In this document: one piece after another, positions 51,601-64,000 of the stretch
How positions within the stretch are numbered: position 1 is the stretch's first letter
Layout: each line of letters begins with the position of its first letter
NCBI RefSeq assembly: GCF_000150275.1
Contig: NW_002060952.1
Location: 332,482 to 396,481 of the forward strand
Length of the DNA stretch: 64,000 nucleotides
Origin: Trichoplax adhaerens
Lineage: Eukaryota; Animalia; Placozoa
Direction: 5' to 3'
Position numbers and translations under genes: made by a program
Notes under the pieces: generated by a model
Database searches by the model: none
What the model was told of the DNA's origin: nothing
The model's input: the letters and a program-made list of their open reading frames with translations, nothing else

Positions 51601-54600
51601 TTTTATATCGATTAAATCAATTATATGCGAGTAAAATAAAATATTGTACCAACACGGTAATATTACTCTGCATCAGTGAGGGAAAAGCCACTGTTTTTCA
51701 AAATAAGGCTGATTTTGTTTCGAATAATTTAGAGCCTTCGATTTCGTCGTCTATGGCGTTTAGGCGATAATCTTAGTCAATGGAACCCACCAGAGGTGAG
51801 ATCTTAGACAGCATGGAAATTTAAATGCCATAGCATCTTTCTCTCTGCTCTATCCAGTATAAAGGGCTGTAAACCGTCATAATACTCAAAATTTAACTAA
51901 TGTCATTCATTGTTCTATAATCTTTACAAAATATTACAAGTTAATCATGATTAAATTTAACCTTTTATTTCCTTCATCTCTTGAATACTGGTTAGGTGCT
52001 AAGAAATTATTTTCCAGGCGGTTGGCTTCCAGGATGTGATAAAGATGGCCATCCGATACGAATCGAGCCAATGGGAAAAGTTGACATGCCCGGAATTATA
52101 AAATCGTGCCAATACAGTGAATTAATCAAGTTCCATGCTGCTATTTCTGAAAAAGGTTTATTATTGTGTCGCGAGTTTGGCGATAAGGCAAGAGATTCAT
52201 AAGAACTATACATTCTCTCTGTGCTCAATATACTAATTTTAAATACTATGCTTTATTTTTACATTATTGCTTGAAATAGCAATATTAATTTCAAGCTCAG
52301 ATACTATATACTTGCTTTTTAATAGTTAGCTTGCAATACAAAATGTCAGTTTAAAATTGAAATATACTATGCTTAATTTTGATCATTTTATTTAAAATAT
52401 AAAATATCAATTCGTAATTTAGGTGTAAAATGTTTAATTTTTAAAACTTTATCCAGAATAGAAATATCAATTTCGAGTTTAGAACTCTGGGACTCAAGTT
52501 AGCTTAAAATACAAAATATCAATTTCGAATTGAAATACACGGTGCTTAATTTTGATCATTTTGCTTGAAATGTAAAACCTCGATTCGGAATTTAGATATG
52601 AAGTGCTCAATTTTTAAAACTTAACCCAGAATAGGAAGATCAATTTCAAATTTAGATATATTGTGCTTAATTTTTATCGTTTTGCTTAACATAACAATAT
52701 CAAATTCCAAATTTAGATAATACTTAATGAACAGTAAAATAATACTAATCCTTCAATATTAATTTCGGACATTATAGCTGAGAAAGTATATACATTCCTT
52801 TACACTTATTATCGATTTGGAAGGTCTAGGCTTGGATTTTCTGTGGAAGCCGGGTAAGAAACAATTTTTCTAGATTATCTATCTCTATTACATCTAACAA
52901 CCTACCCTAATTCTTTATTGAATTCCTAATTATGTCTTACAAACAAATATTCAACATGAATTTTCTAATCTTAGGCATTAATATATATACCGAAATGATC
53001 AGCGTGCAAGAACAAAATTATCCTGCACTTTTTAATAATATTTTCATTATCAACCCTCCCATGTTCTTTTCGCAAATATTCAGCATTGTCAAGCCGTTTC
53101 TACATAGTAGTGCTGATAAAATTATTATTTTAAAAGGTAAGCATAGCGTGAAATTAGTCATAAAATAGACAAATTTTGTGATTATAATATGGCATTGTTA
53201 CTCTATTAATAGACGATTACAGAGAAGAATTGCGAAAATATATTCCTGTCGAAAATATACCAGCATGCTACGGTGGTAGCTTGGTAGATGCTGATGGCGA
53301 CGAACACTGCCGTCAATGGGTATGAATTCTAGAATTCAAGAAGATTTCTTTCATACTTTACTGTATCTTAACTATTTACTATTCGAATCTATGGACTTTC
53401 CTATTCATCAACCTTTTCAAATAATATTAGCAACCTTCTGTCTTAGTCATAATTACATTAGATAGTAGTAGTAAATTAGCTTTATATAGGCAATTTGACA
53501 AGGTAGAACTCGCTTCTGTAAGATAACTCCTATCCTTACAAGCGCCTTTTAGCCATCTTCTAGTCAAGTCGCTATTAGATTGCAAGAAGTTATAATTTTA
53601 CCTTGTGCAAGGAATCTATTAAGCTATTAACAAATTGCGCTTTAATCATGCTGTGCCAGTGATCATCTACAACATTCTAGACAAGCATAATTGGGACAAA
53701 CTATTTAGTAAAGATAGCAAATTAATCACCAAAATATATATCAATTGGTTTATTACTTTTCAAATGCACTAGCAAATGATTTAAGTAATGTTCTACTCCG
53801 CATTTTATAACAGCGATTTATTTCTAGCTTGATATATGAACAAGCACTTTTATTTCAGAATGGAAAGCTGCAGTATCATATTATGCGATCAAAAATCATT
53901 TATCATTTCACACTTTTATTTAAAGTGTCTTGTATATTCAATATGCTACAATTTTTTAACCGATTTCAGGACTCACAGCAAACTTCATATTGAACGAATA
54001 GTTTTTGATAAAAACTGAAAGGATACGCTATTCCACTAAATAGAACTATAATTTTATACTCAATAGAAGCGGCTGATACAGCGAACATATCTCAATTTCA
54101 TAACTAACTTTTAGGATTTTTTAACTCGATGCTAGCGTGTAACTTTGAGATGAAAGCAGAAAAAATACTGCACGATTAAATATGATTGCAGTCTTTTATT
54201 TTACTCTTACCAGAAGTATTTTATGAAACAATTCCATGATCAAATATGATTGTGAACCCAAATCTTATTCTTATTATTAAGAACTTACAAAGCCCCTATA
54301 GAATAATTCTATAATCAACTTTTACGGTAGAAATTGTAAATTAATTATGATTAAATTATTGTATAGCTAAAATTTAAGTACTTTTACGCGTAAGATAATA
54401 ATTATACTTTATCCTGCTCATAGATAACCTATGGAAACCAAGTTCCGCAAAACTACTATATAAGCGATGATAGTGCCATCATCAGCGCTATGAAGAGTAA
54501 ACATCCGCCATTGAATTTAATTCTAGATGAGGTTAATGGATGGAATAGAAATGCAATCACTGATACAATTAATGAGTGTTTTAAATTCATCTTTCATCCA

Positions 54601-57600
54601 AAATCAAATGATGAACTGCGGTACCTTCCGTCCATAAACAACTAATTCCTTTCTAACATTCACTATTCCATCTCTAGTTCAAGGAAAGAATCAATGATTT
54701 AATGCTGCAAGATAATTACGATAATGAAACTTGTATGAAATGGCTGAAATGTTCGTTTTAGTAGCTTATATTAATAGCTTTACTTACTTTCCTGAATATT
54801 GGATCTCGTCAAGATGGACTTCTAATAACGACTAATTGTTAATCCATTTATATTAGGTTACGATTTTGATTTAATACAAGCTGAAGAAATGTTTCGCAGG
54901 GTTAGTTGATCCTATTTAAACAGGAATTAGTTCACCTTTTTAGTTATTAAATTACAATATGCCTTTACAAACTAAAATTAAAATCTTTGAAAAATTCGTA
55001 GAATGTAGAATTTAAGCAAATTTGGCGTCTAGATGATTCAATTCTTCATTGGATACCTCCGCTGGTAAGATAGATTCGACACTACGCAGACTATAATTGA
55101 GTATCAGGACTGATAATTAAAATGTTTAATTAGATATATGTTCTGTCTTTGGACTCTAGGTGTTACAAAAGTACTTTCCTGGAGGATGGCTACCTGGAGT
55201 TGACAGAGATGGTCATCCAGTTAGATTAGAACCACTTGGGAACATTGATTTTCGAGGAATTATGCATTCGTGTACATTTAGCGATTTATTACGCTTTCAC
55301 GTAAAAGTTGCTGAAGAAAACATTAATAAATGTAAAAAGCTAAGTTCAAAGGTAAGTATTGGAGTCTTAATTCTTACCAGCAGTAACCTACATCTATTCA
55401 AATCATCAATTTTCGAGAAATTATACTAACCAGAACCTTGAAAAGTTATAAACATCCTCAACACTCTAATTATTACAGCATTTACATTGTTTGTTGATAA
55501 TATAAGTCATTATAAATTCTGCATACGTAAAATAAAGTAGAGTCTTAATATTGATATCTAATCCCTAAGAAAGTAATTGTTTAATTTCATAACTAAAAGC
55601 TCTATAAATCAGCTGTACTTATATTAGTTAAAGATATTGACAAATAGAAAACGATTACAATTTCTTGGCATAAATTATCTGTACCTTATTTCGGAAAAAT
55701 TTCAAATCCTCGCGATAAAATTAAAAATTTATAATAAGTAGTCAATATAACTGTATCTTATAGTACCGGATTAATCTATAATTTTGATATTATTCATTGA
55801 AATAATCTTATTCTTTCCTTTAAATGTCTTTCAATCTTAAAAATTAGGCGGGGAGATCTATTGAAGGATATACGCTAATTGTCGATCTAAAAGGACTTAA
55901 TCGAAGTTTCTTATGGGGTCCAGGTAATAATTGAATTGATAATGTATTTGAAATGACTTCCTATACTTCAAAGGGTAAATTTTGCTAAATAAACATCTTG
56001 TGGAGGATACATTAGAACTAATACTTTTTATCTGATGTATTGATTTTTAGGTATCACCGTATTTAATGAGGTATTACAAATTAAGTACCTTAATCTATTT
56101 AATAAATAGCGTAATGTCTGTGTAATAAAATTCAAATTCAAAGAAGACGTCAATGGATAGTAATAGCTTTATTACAATTTATTGGGAGTCTAATGTGAAC
56201 GCTGGATAATAACTAACTATTAACAGAAGACCTCGCTTTATATGCAACTGGCAAACATCATCTGCCATTTTACAAGTTACTATAGCTTCCTAATTAATAC
56301 AATAGGAACTTCTGCTAACACCATCGTTTCTTATATTATCGTCTATCTTTCCAAATACGGCATAGATAATAACTGATTACATTGTTCATATACTTTCAGT
56401 TGCCAACACTATTATAATCATCATAATAGATAAGATATCTCTACTAATATAGGATCTCCTATATTAACGTCAACAGCTATTTTACTTAAGTTAGTTAATC
56501 ACTCTAATGTTACAGTCTGAAACTATTTTCTATCACTAAAACAACATTTCCACAGTGTTATCCTAATATTTTGACATTTTTTTCTACAGATGCTTAGTTT
56601 GATAGCCAATAACTATCCATCTAGCCTGAAAGTAATCTATCTCATCAGAAGTCCTCCAATATTTCCGGTCATCTATAACTTATGTAAATCATTCTTAGGA
56701 CGAGATACCGCCAAAGTTAAATTACTAGGATGTAAGTTTTACAAATGCATATAAGAATTTTAACGCAAGGGATAAAAACCTTTTGATTTTAATCAGCATC
56801 CTAATATATAGCTAATAAATTTAACATTTACCTTAAAAGTATATATCATAACTAGCATAAATACTTAACATCAAGTAAAATTGCTTTATAACTACATTTT
56901 TGATTATCTCAACTGATTATTACTCTGTCTACTTTAATATAATAATAATTACTAGCCGATTACAAAGAAACCTTGCTCAAAGTTATTAATCCAAATACAT
57001 TACCAAAATATTATGGTGGAAATTTAAAAGATTCAGACAGTGATGAGAAATGCTCCGAGTGGGTACGAATATTTTATTTTAGCAATACTATATATTTACT
57101 CAATAGGTGTCAATTAAAACAAGTGAAATATTTCAATTCTTCAAGCTTAGGATATTAAACTTATGAATAGTTTTTGCATTCCTACACGAAATAAAACTAA
57201 GTCTTTATAAGCTTTGGTAATTTATTAATTACTATTAACAATGTGTTTTTTACCAACGTTAGATTTGTTACGGCGGAGAGGTACCACACTCTTACTATAT
57301 TAATCAAAATGCCAGTTTACAAGACGATTTAAATTGGCAAAATGTAGTTATTTCAGCTGGGCTCTCATTTAAAGCTGAATATCCTGTTGATGTCAAAGGT
57401 AGCATCTTTCGGTAAGCTACGCTACTCTATTAGAATTAACCATCGATATATTCATTTTCAATCGATTCTCATATGATACCAGTCTTACTAGAGAGCAGTG
57501 GCTTAAAATTTTAATAATTTGGTAGCTTTTATACTACAATGTCCAAGAATAATATTAAATTTTTAAATTTAATGGTCATATTATTCCCCTGCAGGTGGAA

Positions 57601-59172
57601 ATTTCGATGTAAAAAGCACGACATAGGCTTTGGTGTATATTTTAAGAAAAATCTGAAAATTAACACCCTGCAAAATATGAAAAACCTCGTAAGAAAGACT
57701 GCTTATTGTTGAATTAGGACAACTTTAGTAATCTATCTGTCGCAAAACAGCTTTGCAACAAGATAGCGTAATGTACGATCAATAAGTCAATTCCTTGAAC
57801 TACGTATCAAGGAACGATATCTGCACTATCAGAAACACTTTTGCTCTACTAGCAGACTACACAAAGACTTAAACGCCTCGTATTTTACGTTAAACACTAA
57901 GTTTGAGAATCCTCTTTATTACACGATATACTGCATTTATATACTCTTCCTCAATAGTTCATGAGTCATAGTTAGTACGATTAACTTTGGAATCATTTAC
58001 TGAATTAGATATTAATTATAGCTACTGCTCCCTTAATGCAGACAACAGTATTTACGAACATAGATATCTGATGACTAATACAGAATAGTCAGATTACGAT
58101 ATGTCCTATCACGGAACATTTCCACGATAATTTACAATCTACCATAAGTAAGTTACAATCACAATGATTCGAACTGTAAGTAGATGATTTGCATTCCCTA
58201 TTATAACTACTAGTCCAAACTCCCGACGCTCTGCTGACGGGATACGATAATGTTCCCATTTGTTCATAATTAACAGATAGTATTACCATTCGAGGTTTTA
58301 TATATCCCAGTAATAGCCGGGTACTACTATATTTAAAGGAGATTGATTTAATGTACGTACTGATCGTGCATTTTCACATTGTTCACTTCGCTTTCGCCTA
58401 TCAGATCGCTGACTAACTGACATTATCCTCTTAGAAACACTTTTTGTTATATTATATATAGCAATCAAAAATAACCGGGACAGGGGAACTACAGTAGGGT
58501 GTCATAAAAAGTCAATGCTATATTAAAACACACCATATCCAAATTAGAAGTTAATTAAATAAGGATAGGCTAACAGAATTATCCTAATATAACACTATCA
58601 CAATATCCTAGATAATATATTCATCATTTCAATCTCAAGAAAAGAAATTTGTGTAACGCTAACCAGTTTTATATAATAATAAAAATCACGATCATATGAC
58701 GATTAATTCTCGAAAAATAAGGTTTTATTAGTTGTTACATGAAATCTGTATTTGATAATATTAAAAATTGCATAATCTACCTTTCTCTATTTTGTACAGT
58801 CTTAAGCCTTATTTATACCATTTATTTATCGTATAGATTCCTGTTGAACGACATTCTTGCCGAGTTATACCAGAAAGAGGTAGCTTATATTGTGAAGACG
58901 TCGGCATTTGTAAGTCTTAACAATTAGTTAACTTTGAAAGCATATATATAATCACTAAAACTATCATGCAATACTACGAGATATGCTTTCGCTATTAACT
59001 TATAAATATATATTTATTTTAATTTAAAATCATTATAGATGCGCTGGTTTTCGACAATTCTTATAGCTACTTTAATTGGAAAGATGTTAGCTATCAAATA
59101 GAAATTATAGAACCTAGAGTAACTGAAGATAATGATAGTAAACTGACTTCCGATAGTTATACTCTCGGCTGA
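45679..59172 (+). CDS. Tandem double-Sec14 protein: (CRAL-TRIO_N + CRAL-TRIO) x2 + GOLD, 21 exons, ~678 aa, SEC14L2-family
   Basis: Exons 45679-45723, 48186-48258, 51271-51314, 51733-51795, 51996-52187, 52778-52853, 52975-53136, 53213-53319, 54424-54531, 54678-54750, 54857-54900, 55002-55064, 55160-55351, 55848-55923, 56051-56070, 56590-56731 and 56956-57062, then GOLD exons near 57263, 57595, 58836 and 59039-59172, all splice in frame. Motifs FLLRFLQANNFDL/CMKWLKCYDFDL, YFPGGWLPGxDxDGHP, IxDLxGL, NYP and YGGxLxD each occur twice. Confidence 0.88.
46715..47400. repeat. Diverged tandem array (~4 units of ~175-225 bp with internal subrepeats) in intron 1 of the double-Sec14 gene
   Basis: ggataaaaatgaact-like anchors lie near 46721, 46945, 47119 and 47302, with recurrent gtcaaaata...attctctgt and cttggcgcaa. 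Confidence 0.8.
50440..51110. repeat. Four diverged repeats in intron 2
   Basis: gaatgttag.ata...aatagactca.aaa.aagttagaatagc occurs near 50445, 50617, 50844 and 51021. Confidence 0.8.
52225..52720. repeat. Degenerate ~55-60 bp minisatellite filling the GC-AG intron
   Basis: gcttaattttgatcattt..ctt.aaat..aaaatatcaatttc.aatttag recurs. Confidence 0.75.
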
Positions 59173-61079
59173 GAATCAGAACAATCACAACGTTATTACC
59201 AATTTTTATTATTCCACAACAAGAAGTATCGATATATTAAATTCAAATAATAATCACTTATTACTCATCCAATCACCTGGTTATGCCACTCACTATATTA
59301 ACTACTATGTTACCTGTTACCTACTATATTCAATGATGTCAAATTTTAATTCTGTAAGTATTTAATGTCACAAATATCATATAATGCTTTAGATCCAATA
59401 GATATTGCATGACTAATTTATTCGAATATCTTACTCGATTTTTGACTGTAATCAATAAGCATGTGCGGTATATGACCCCCAATATCGCTCTAAGATGATT
59501 AAGTAAACTAAGAACTGATGCAATAATGTGGCATCTAAAATTTCAATTATACGAGTATTAATAAAATTATTAATAAGTCTCGTAAATTTCAACATATTTC
59601 AGGTTTTTGTATCTATGCCAGTAGTTACAGTGACAAAATAAAATATGGTGGCACCTAGAAAGTAAAGTGTTTAGCAATATATAATTGTTGCTTCATGTTC
59701 ATAATTTTCGAGGTCTAGTAACCGGTAATATCGAGCAGTTTCTTAGCAATTGGTTGAATACCGGTCAATGAACTTGTAATTTATGCAGCAGTGGATCCTA
59801 GCAGGTTAAACATCTAATGCGAAACTTTGCGATCGATACTGTGAAATATCCGAAAAATCATTGCTATGAAACATTACGCGATATATTTACAATAATATTT
59901 TTAAATACGATATAAATCAACTGATTTAACTCTTTGATATTGTTCAATTATACTTCTAATAATCAATTACAAAGTTCATACTTGTAATTTATTATTTTGA
60001 CCCTAGAAGTACAAAGCATTTCTGTTTAGATGATTGCGTATTGATATGACCGAAAAAGCAAGGTCCGTTGCATGTAAGAGGACCTTATTAATCGATACAC
60101 AATATTTAATTGAGATCAGACGCTATAACTGATGAACTATTATATTGGGCAATATATACATTCTAGGAATTTATTAACAAAATAACTATCGAAGCCCTAT
60201 TGATCTATTTGTATTGTTAAGGCTTAAGCCGATCACGAATAATTACATTTATCTTATTTTTCATATCCATATCAGTTATCATAGGATATAATGATGTTTT
60301 TGTCAATAATTTATCTTGTTTACATATCTCCTTATCTTGTTGCTGATAAACAAGAATTCTAATGCTAAAACCCATTCTATGAAATTTCCATAAATAGTAA
60401 GATCAAGCAAATAAATTTAATCTAATATTGATCGTTGTTGATATCAAAACACGGTAAAATGCCTCCACATGATGTAAAAAGATGCCAAAAGAATCAATAG
60501 CATTATGCTAAGGCTTAAATCAAAAATTAAATGATATCATTCACTGAAATAACTAAGCGTTGTTTCTTTAACAATAGAGAAATCTTCTAAACTTGTATAA
60601 AATAATACTTTGGTAGAGGTATATCTCAAAATAATGAAGTCTAGAAATTCATCTATGCCGTGCAGACAAAAGCACTTCTAAATTGATAACTTAATTGAGT
60701 TGTGTGTCATAAATGGAAACATCCGCAAAGATGTTTATCAGTAATGGCATCAAAATTATTCGTTAAAGACATTGCTTTAACTGACTAGTACTGCTTTATC
60801 TTGTTGAAGTAAGTATAATTCTGTAAGCTTTAAATTATATTTAGCTTTAGTAGCAATAAATTGTCATATTTATTAAAAATAAATAGTATACAGCAGTGGC
60901 AATCATAGTCCTCCAGCAAATTCTTCATTTCGTGGAACAATTTTTATACTTATAAATATTTACAGCGCGTACCGATAGTTAATATTCGACTAAATAATAC
61001 GATAAAATAGTAGTGAATTCTGGCTTCAATCTATGCATTGAAGCAGTGCCATGAGCTTATCATTGAGCATACATTCTTG

Positions 61080-61575
61080 CTTAGTATCGGAATTACTAAT
61101 ATACGCTATAGCAGAATACAATGATTACGTTGTTCAATATAATTATTTGCCCGTGACTGGGCATGATAGAATATTCTAATTACTAATATGCGCGACAGTG
61201 GAATGTAATACTTACGTAGTTTAATATGATAACCTGTCCGTACTCCGGTAGGATATAGTGTTATATGCGCTATAATAGAAAGCTATGGTCACGTCATTTA
61301 ATGTGATTATTTGCCCGTACCCTAGAAGGATATAGCATTCCAATTACTAATATGCTACGGTAGAATGCAGTGGTTATGCAGTTTAATACGATTACTTGTC
61401 TGTGCCCCCAGTACAGTAGAATGCAAAACTTAAGTAGTTTAATACGATTATTTTCCCGTGCTTCTACAGGATAAAGTATTCCAGTCATTAATATGTACTA
61501 CCGTAGAATGCGATGCTTGCGTAGTTTTATATGATTACTTGTCCGCGCCCCAGTAGAATATAGTATTCTAATTCT
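61080..61575. repeat. Degenerate ~70-bp tandem repeat (~7 units)
   Basis: aattactaatat....agaatgca....tacgtagtttaatatgattatttgcccgt recurs. Confidence 0.8.
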
Positions 61576-64000
61576 TGGGCTTAACGCGTGAAAGCGTAAC
61601 CATATACATTGGGTGTAATAGTAATACTGCTACTGTTATTTAATAGGCCAAAAAAAGGATTACAAGTGAATACATCGGGCAAGTAGAGATCTTTTTGCTA
61701 ATAGCTTGTTATAGATACTGTTATACTTTGGGTTTTACTGTAATAAAGTTTAATTTGATTTTAACAATCCTGTCAGTTGAATATATTGTAAACCTTGTTG
61801 GCTTTGCGGTAACTTAATATTAGTATATAGCATAAAGATAATTTTTTAACAAGCTTTTTTATATAATAGCAAATATTATGGATCTACAAAGGGTTTTGAA
61901 GAAATGAAAAGATCATTAATTTATTACGCTGTATTAAATAATTTCGATCGAGGTCATTAACTGTAAGATGTAAGTAGAGACTACTAAAGGAAAAATACAA
62001 GTATGCCAGTTTTTAGAAATGCAAATACTCGCACAGTACTGTATGATCTCGTACTTATAGGTGTGGCTGCTCATCGCTCTATCCTTCATTCAAGCTGAAT
62101 ACTGTGGTTGCCTTATTTATGAGATTAGCAACTCAACCAGGATTAGCTAATAATAAAAATAAAATTAATAGCTAGACCGTAAGATTGAAATTTCTCTTCG
62201 TTGTGATTGCTAAAGAAATATCTTATAAATATAGTCAACAGTATCGAGTTAACACAGTAATGATTACAGAAAATCTTAAAAGTATCACTTTTTCAAATTA
62301 TGACCCGATGCAGATTTTAAGGTCATCTACCGTAAATACGCTATCGAGATATTACTTTATTAAATACTGAAGGTTCTGTTGGTATAAATCTAGATTGACA
62401 CATAATGACATACTCTGTACTTTATAACGGTATACTCTATCTGAAAATTTTATTACTGCTGCTACTTTCAGTAACAAGGACGTAATTATTTATCAATGAC
62501 TTTTTACCATACATCAGATCTGTCTTACCTTACAAATAAATAGCCTAAATCAGATTTTAACCGATAGATCTATATACTCTGTAAACATCATCAAGGGAAT
62601 TAATATATGACATTAATAAAAATAATAGAAAGGTAGGCAAGTCTATGATATAGTTTATGTTTGTTTGACACGTTTCCAGGTAATTTGAACAAGAGATAAA
62701 TACTTTACCTAGAAAAAACTATCTCTAAAAGAAATTTATTAGCCAATGACAGTCAGATTCTATGCTTTTTCGTCTAATAAGAATTATTACTAATTTTAAG
62801 AAATGTAAAGAACTATTTATACCGGAAGTAATGGAGAACACATCACTAGCACATTAACTAGTATGACATATCGAATTAATCTAATTTTCTTTTCTCAATG
62901 GTTGCTAAAGATACCCTTTATATTTAATTAAAAATTGAAAATGTAACTGAAGTAATAGGCTACTATTCATAAATGTAAGACACTATTTGATACCTGATTT
63001 CACAAAATATTTATTGCTTCAAAAATGCTCTTTTCTATAAACACAGTAAAACACACATCACAAGAGGTAAACCTGAGTTTTCTTCTATTAATCTAAGAGT
63101 ATAATAATAATCATTGTATACCTTTCAGCCAAAAGCGATGAATTAACTACCAATTATAGGAGTTCAGCTGATTACTCAGCATAAACATTATTTCATGTGC
63201 ATAATTATTTTTACCCATAATTCCCATATAATCTCGATTTAAACTGATTTATAAGTCAAAATTGAACGAAATGTGAATATCTAGTTCATTAATAACTTCA
63301 TCATATTAACCCTGGCAACCTAAGATAGTCCAATATCTCTCATTAATTTTAATTACTAAAAATTCGCAGTGACGGTTGGAGATCAACGTAGGAAGTTACG
63401 CCTATGAGCTGTATCAAACATTGCTTTCCTTAAAAAAGAAGCACTTCCCCAGCTATTTTTAGTTATATCATTTTAATTCTAAATACCTGGTACTGTATAA
63501 GTAGTACTTCTCATCGGAGACATAATATACGTAAATTAGTTTAAAGAAATTACCCAAAAATTTAATTAACAATATATTGAACGCAATCTCACCGATCTCG
63601 AGAAATTTTAAACATACTTTCTCCTTTAACTTGTATTCTAGTATAAACAGAATCTGAATCAACTCATACTATTGTTATAAACAAGACAAAATCAGAAACA
63701 TCCTGCTTACTGTCAACTGTTAATATAGCGCGGTTAGTCCTTCCAAAGTAGATTTAATTGCACTACAATAAGGTTATAGATTGTGAAATTAATTTATTTT
63801 CCAGTAAGGCAAGTGAATTAGTTAGACATATAATTTAGACGAGAGCTCAAAAGTCAGATCGAGTTCTAATCATGACTGTCTCTATTAGAAGATCTTACAA
63901 TGGACAGGTATCGTCAGAAATTCACTATACAATTGCTGTATTTTCGATATTTGGTGACGAACCGGCCACTAAAACATTACAGACTTCACTATTATATAAT

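Noticed and set aside
54490-59172. Treating the second Sec14 module as a fully separate gene
   Set aside because: Its putative start sits inside an in-frame exon continuing module 1, and module 1 has no terminal GOLD exons or intergenic space. It is kept only as a possible alternative isoform.
2189-63662. Most of the remaining 60-110 aa ORFs in the supplied track (e.g. 2189-2512, 7736-7924, 8234-8552, 19075-19344, 23626-24251, 45975-46187, 48321-48551, 63468-63662)
   Set aside because: They are antisense or alternate-frame overlaps of real exons, repeat-derived, or AT-rich random ORFs, many with non-ATG starts and no recognisable motifs.
63888-64000. Possible plus-strand exon at the window end (RSYNGQVSSEIHYTIAVFSIFGDEP...)
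   Set aside because: It is open after an AG but too short and truncated to support a call.

Overview
This is AT-rich (roughly one-third GC), intron-dense animal genomic DNA with mostly ~70-150 bp introns. It is consistent with a compact early-branching metazoan such as a placozoan, but the species is an inference. Manual splicing gives five multi-exon genes: FBXO21 (-, 2.4-6.5 kb), strawberry notch SBNO (-, 12.6-21.1 kb), RNF25 (+, 24.4-27.9 kb), a 5'-incomplete SEC14L2-like CRAL-TRIO+GOLD gene (-, 29.0-32.8 kb) and a second SEC14L-like gene (+, 45.7-59.2 kb). The last is the standout. It splices in frame into one ~678-aa protein with TWO complete tandem Sec14 lipid-binding modules before a single GOLD domain. 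The two modules have matching exon sizes, and a chimeric linker exon still holds the start-exon remnant of the second copy, which points to a tandem-duplication gene fusion. Also present are an orphan single-pass membrane microprotein ORF (10.9-11.2 kb), probable decayed class C (GABA-B-like) GPCR fragments (36.7-42.4 kb), palindromic/MITE-like elements, several tandem repeat arrays, and clusters of a TACAGTAC-type motif near the starts of three housekeeping genes. No tRNA, rRNA or CRISPR was recognised. All gene models were read by eye and need RNA-seq confirmation.
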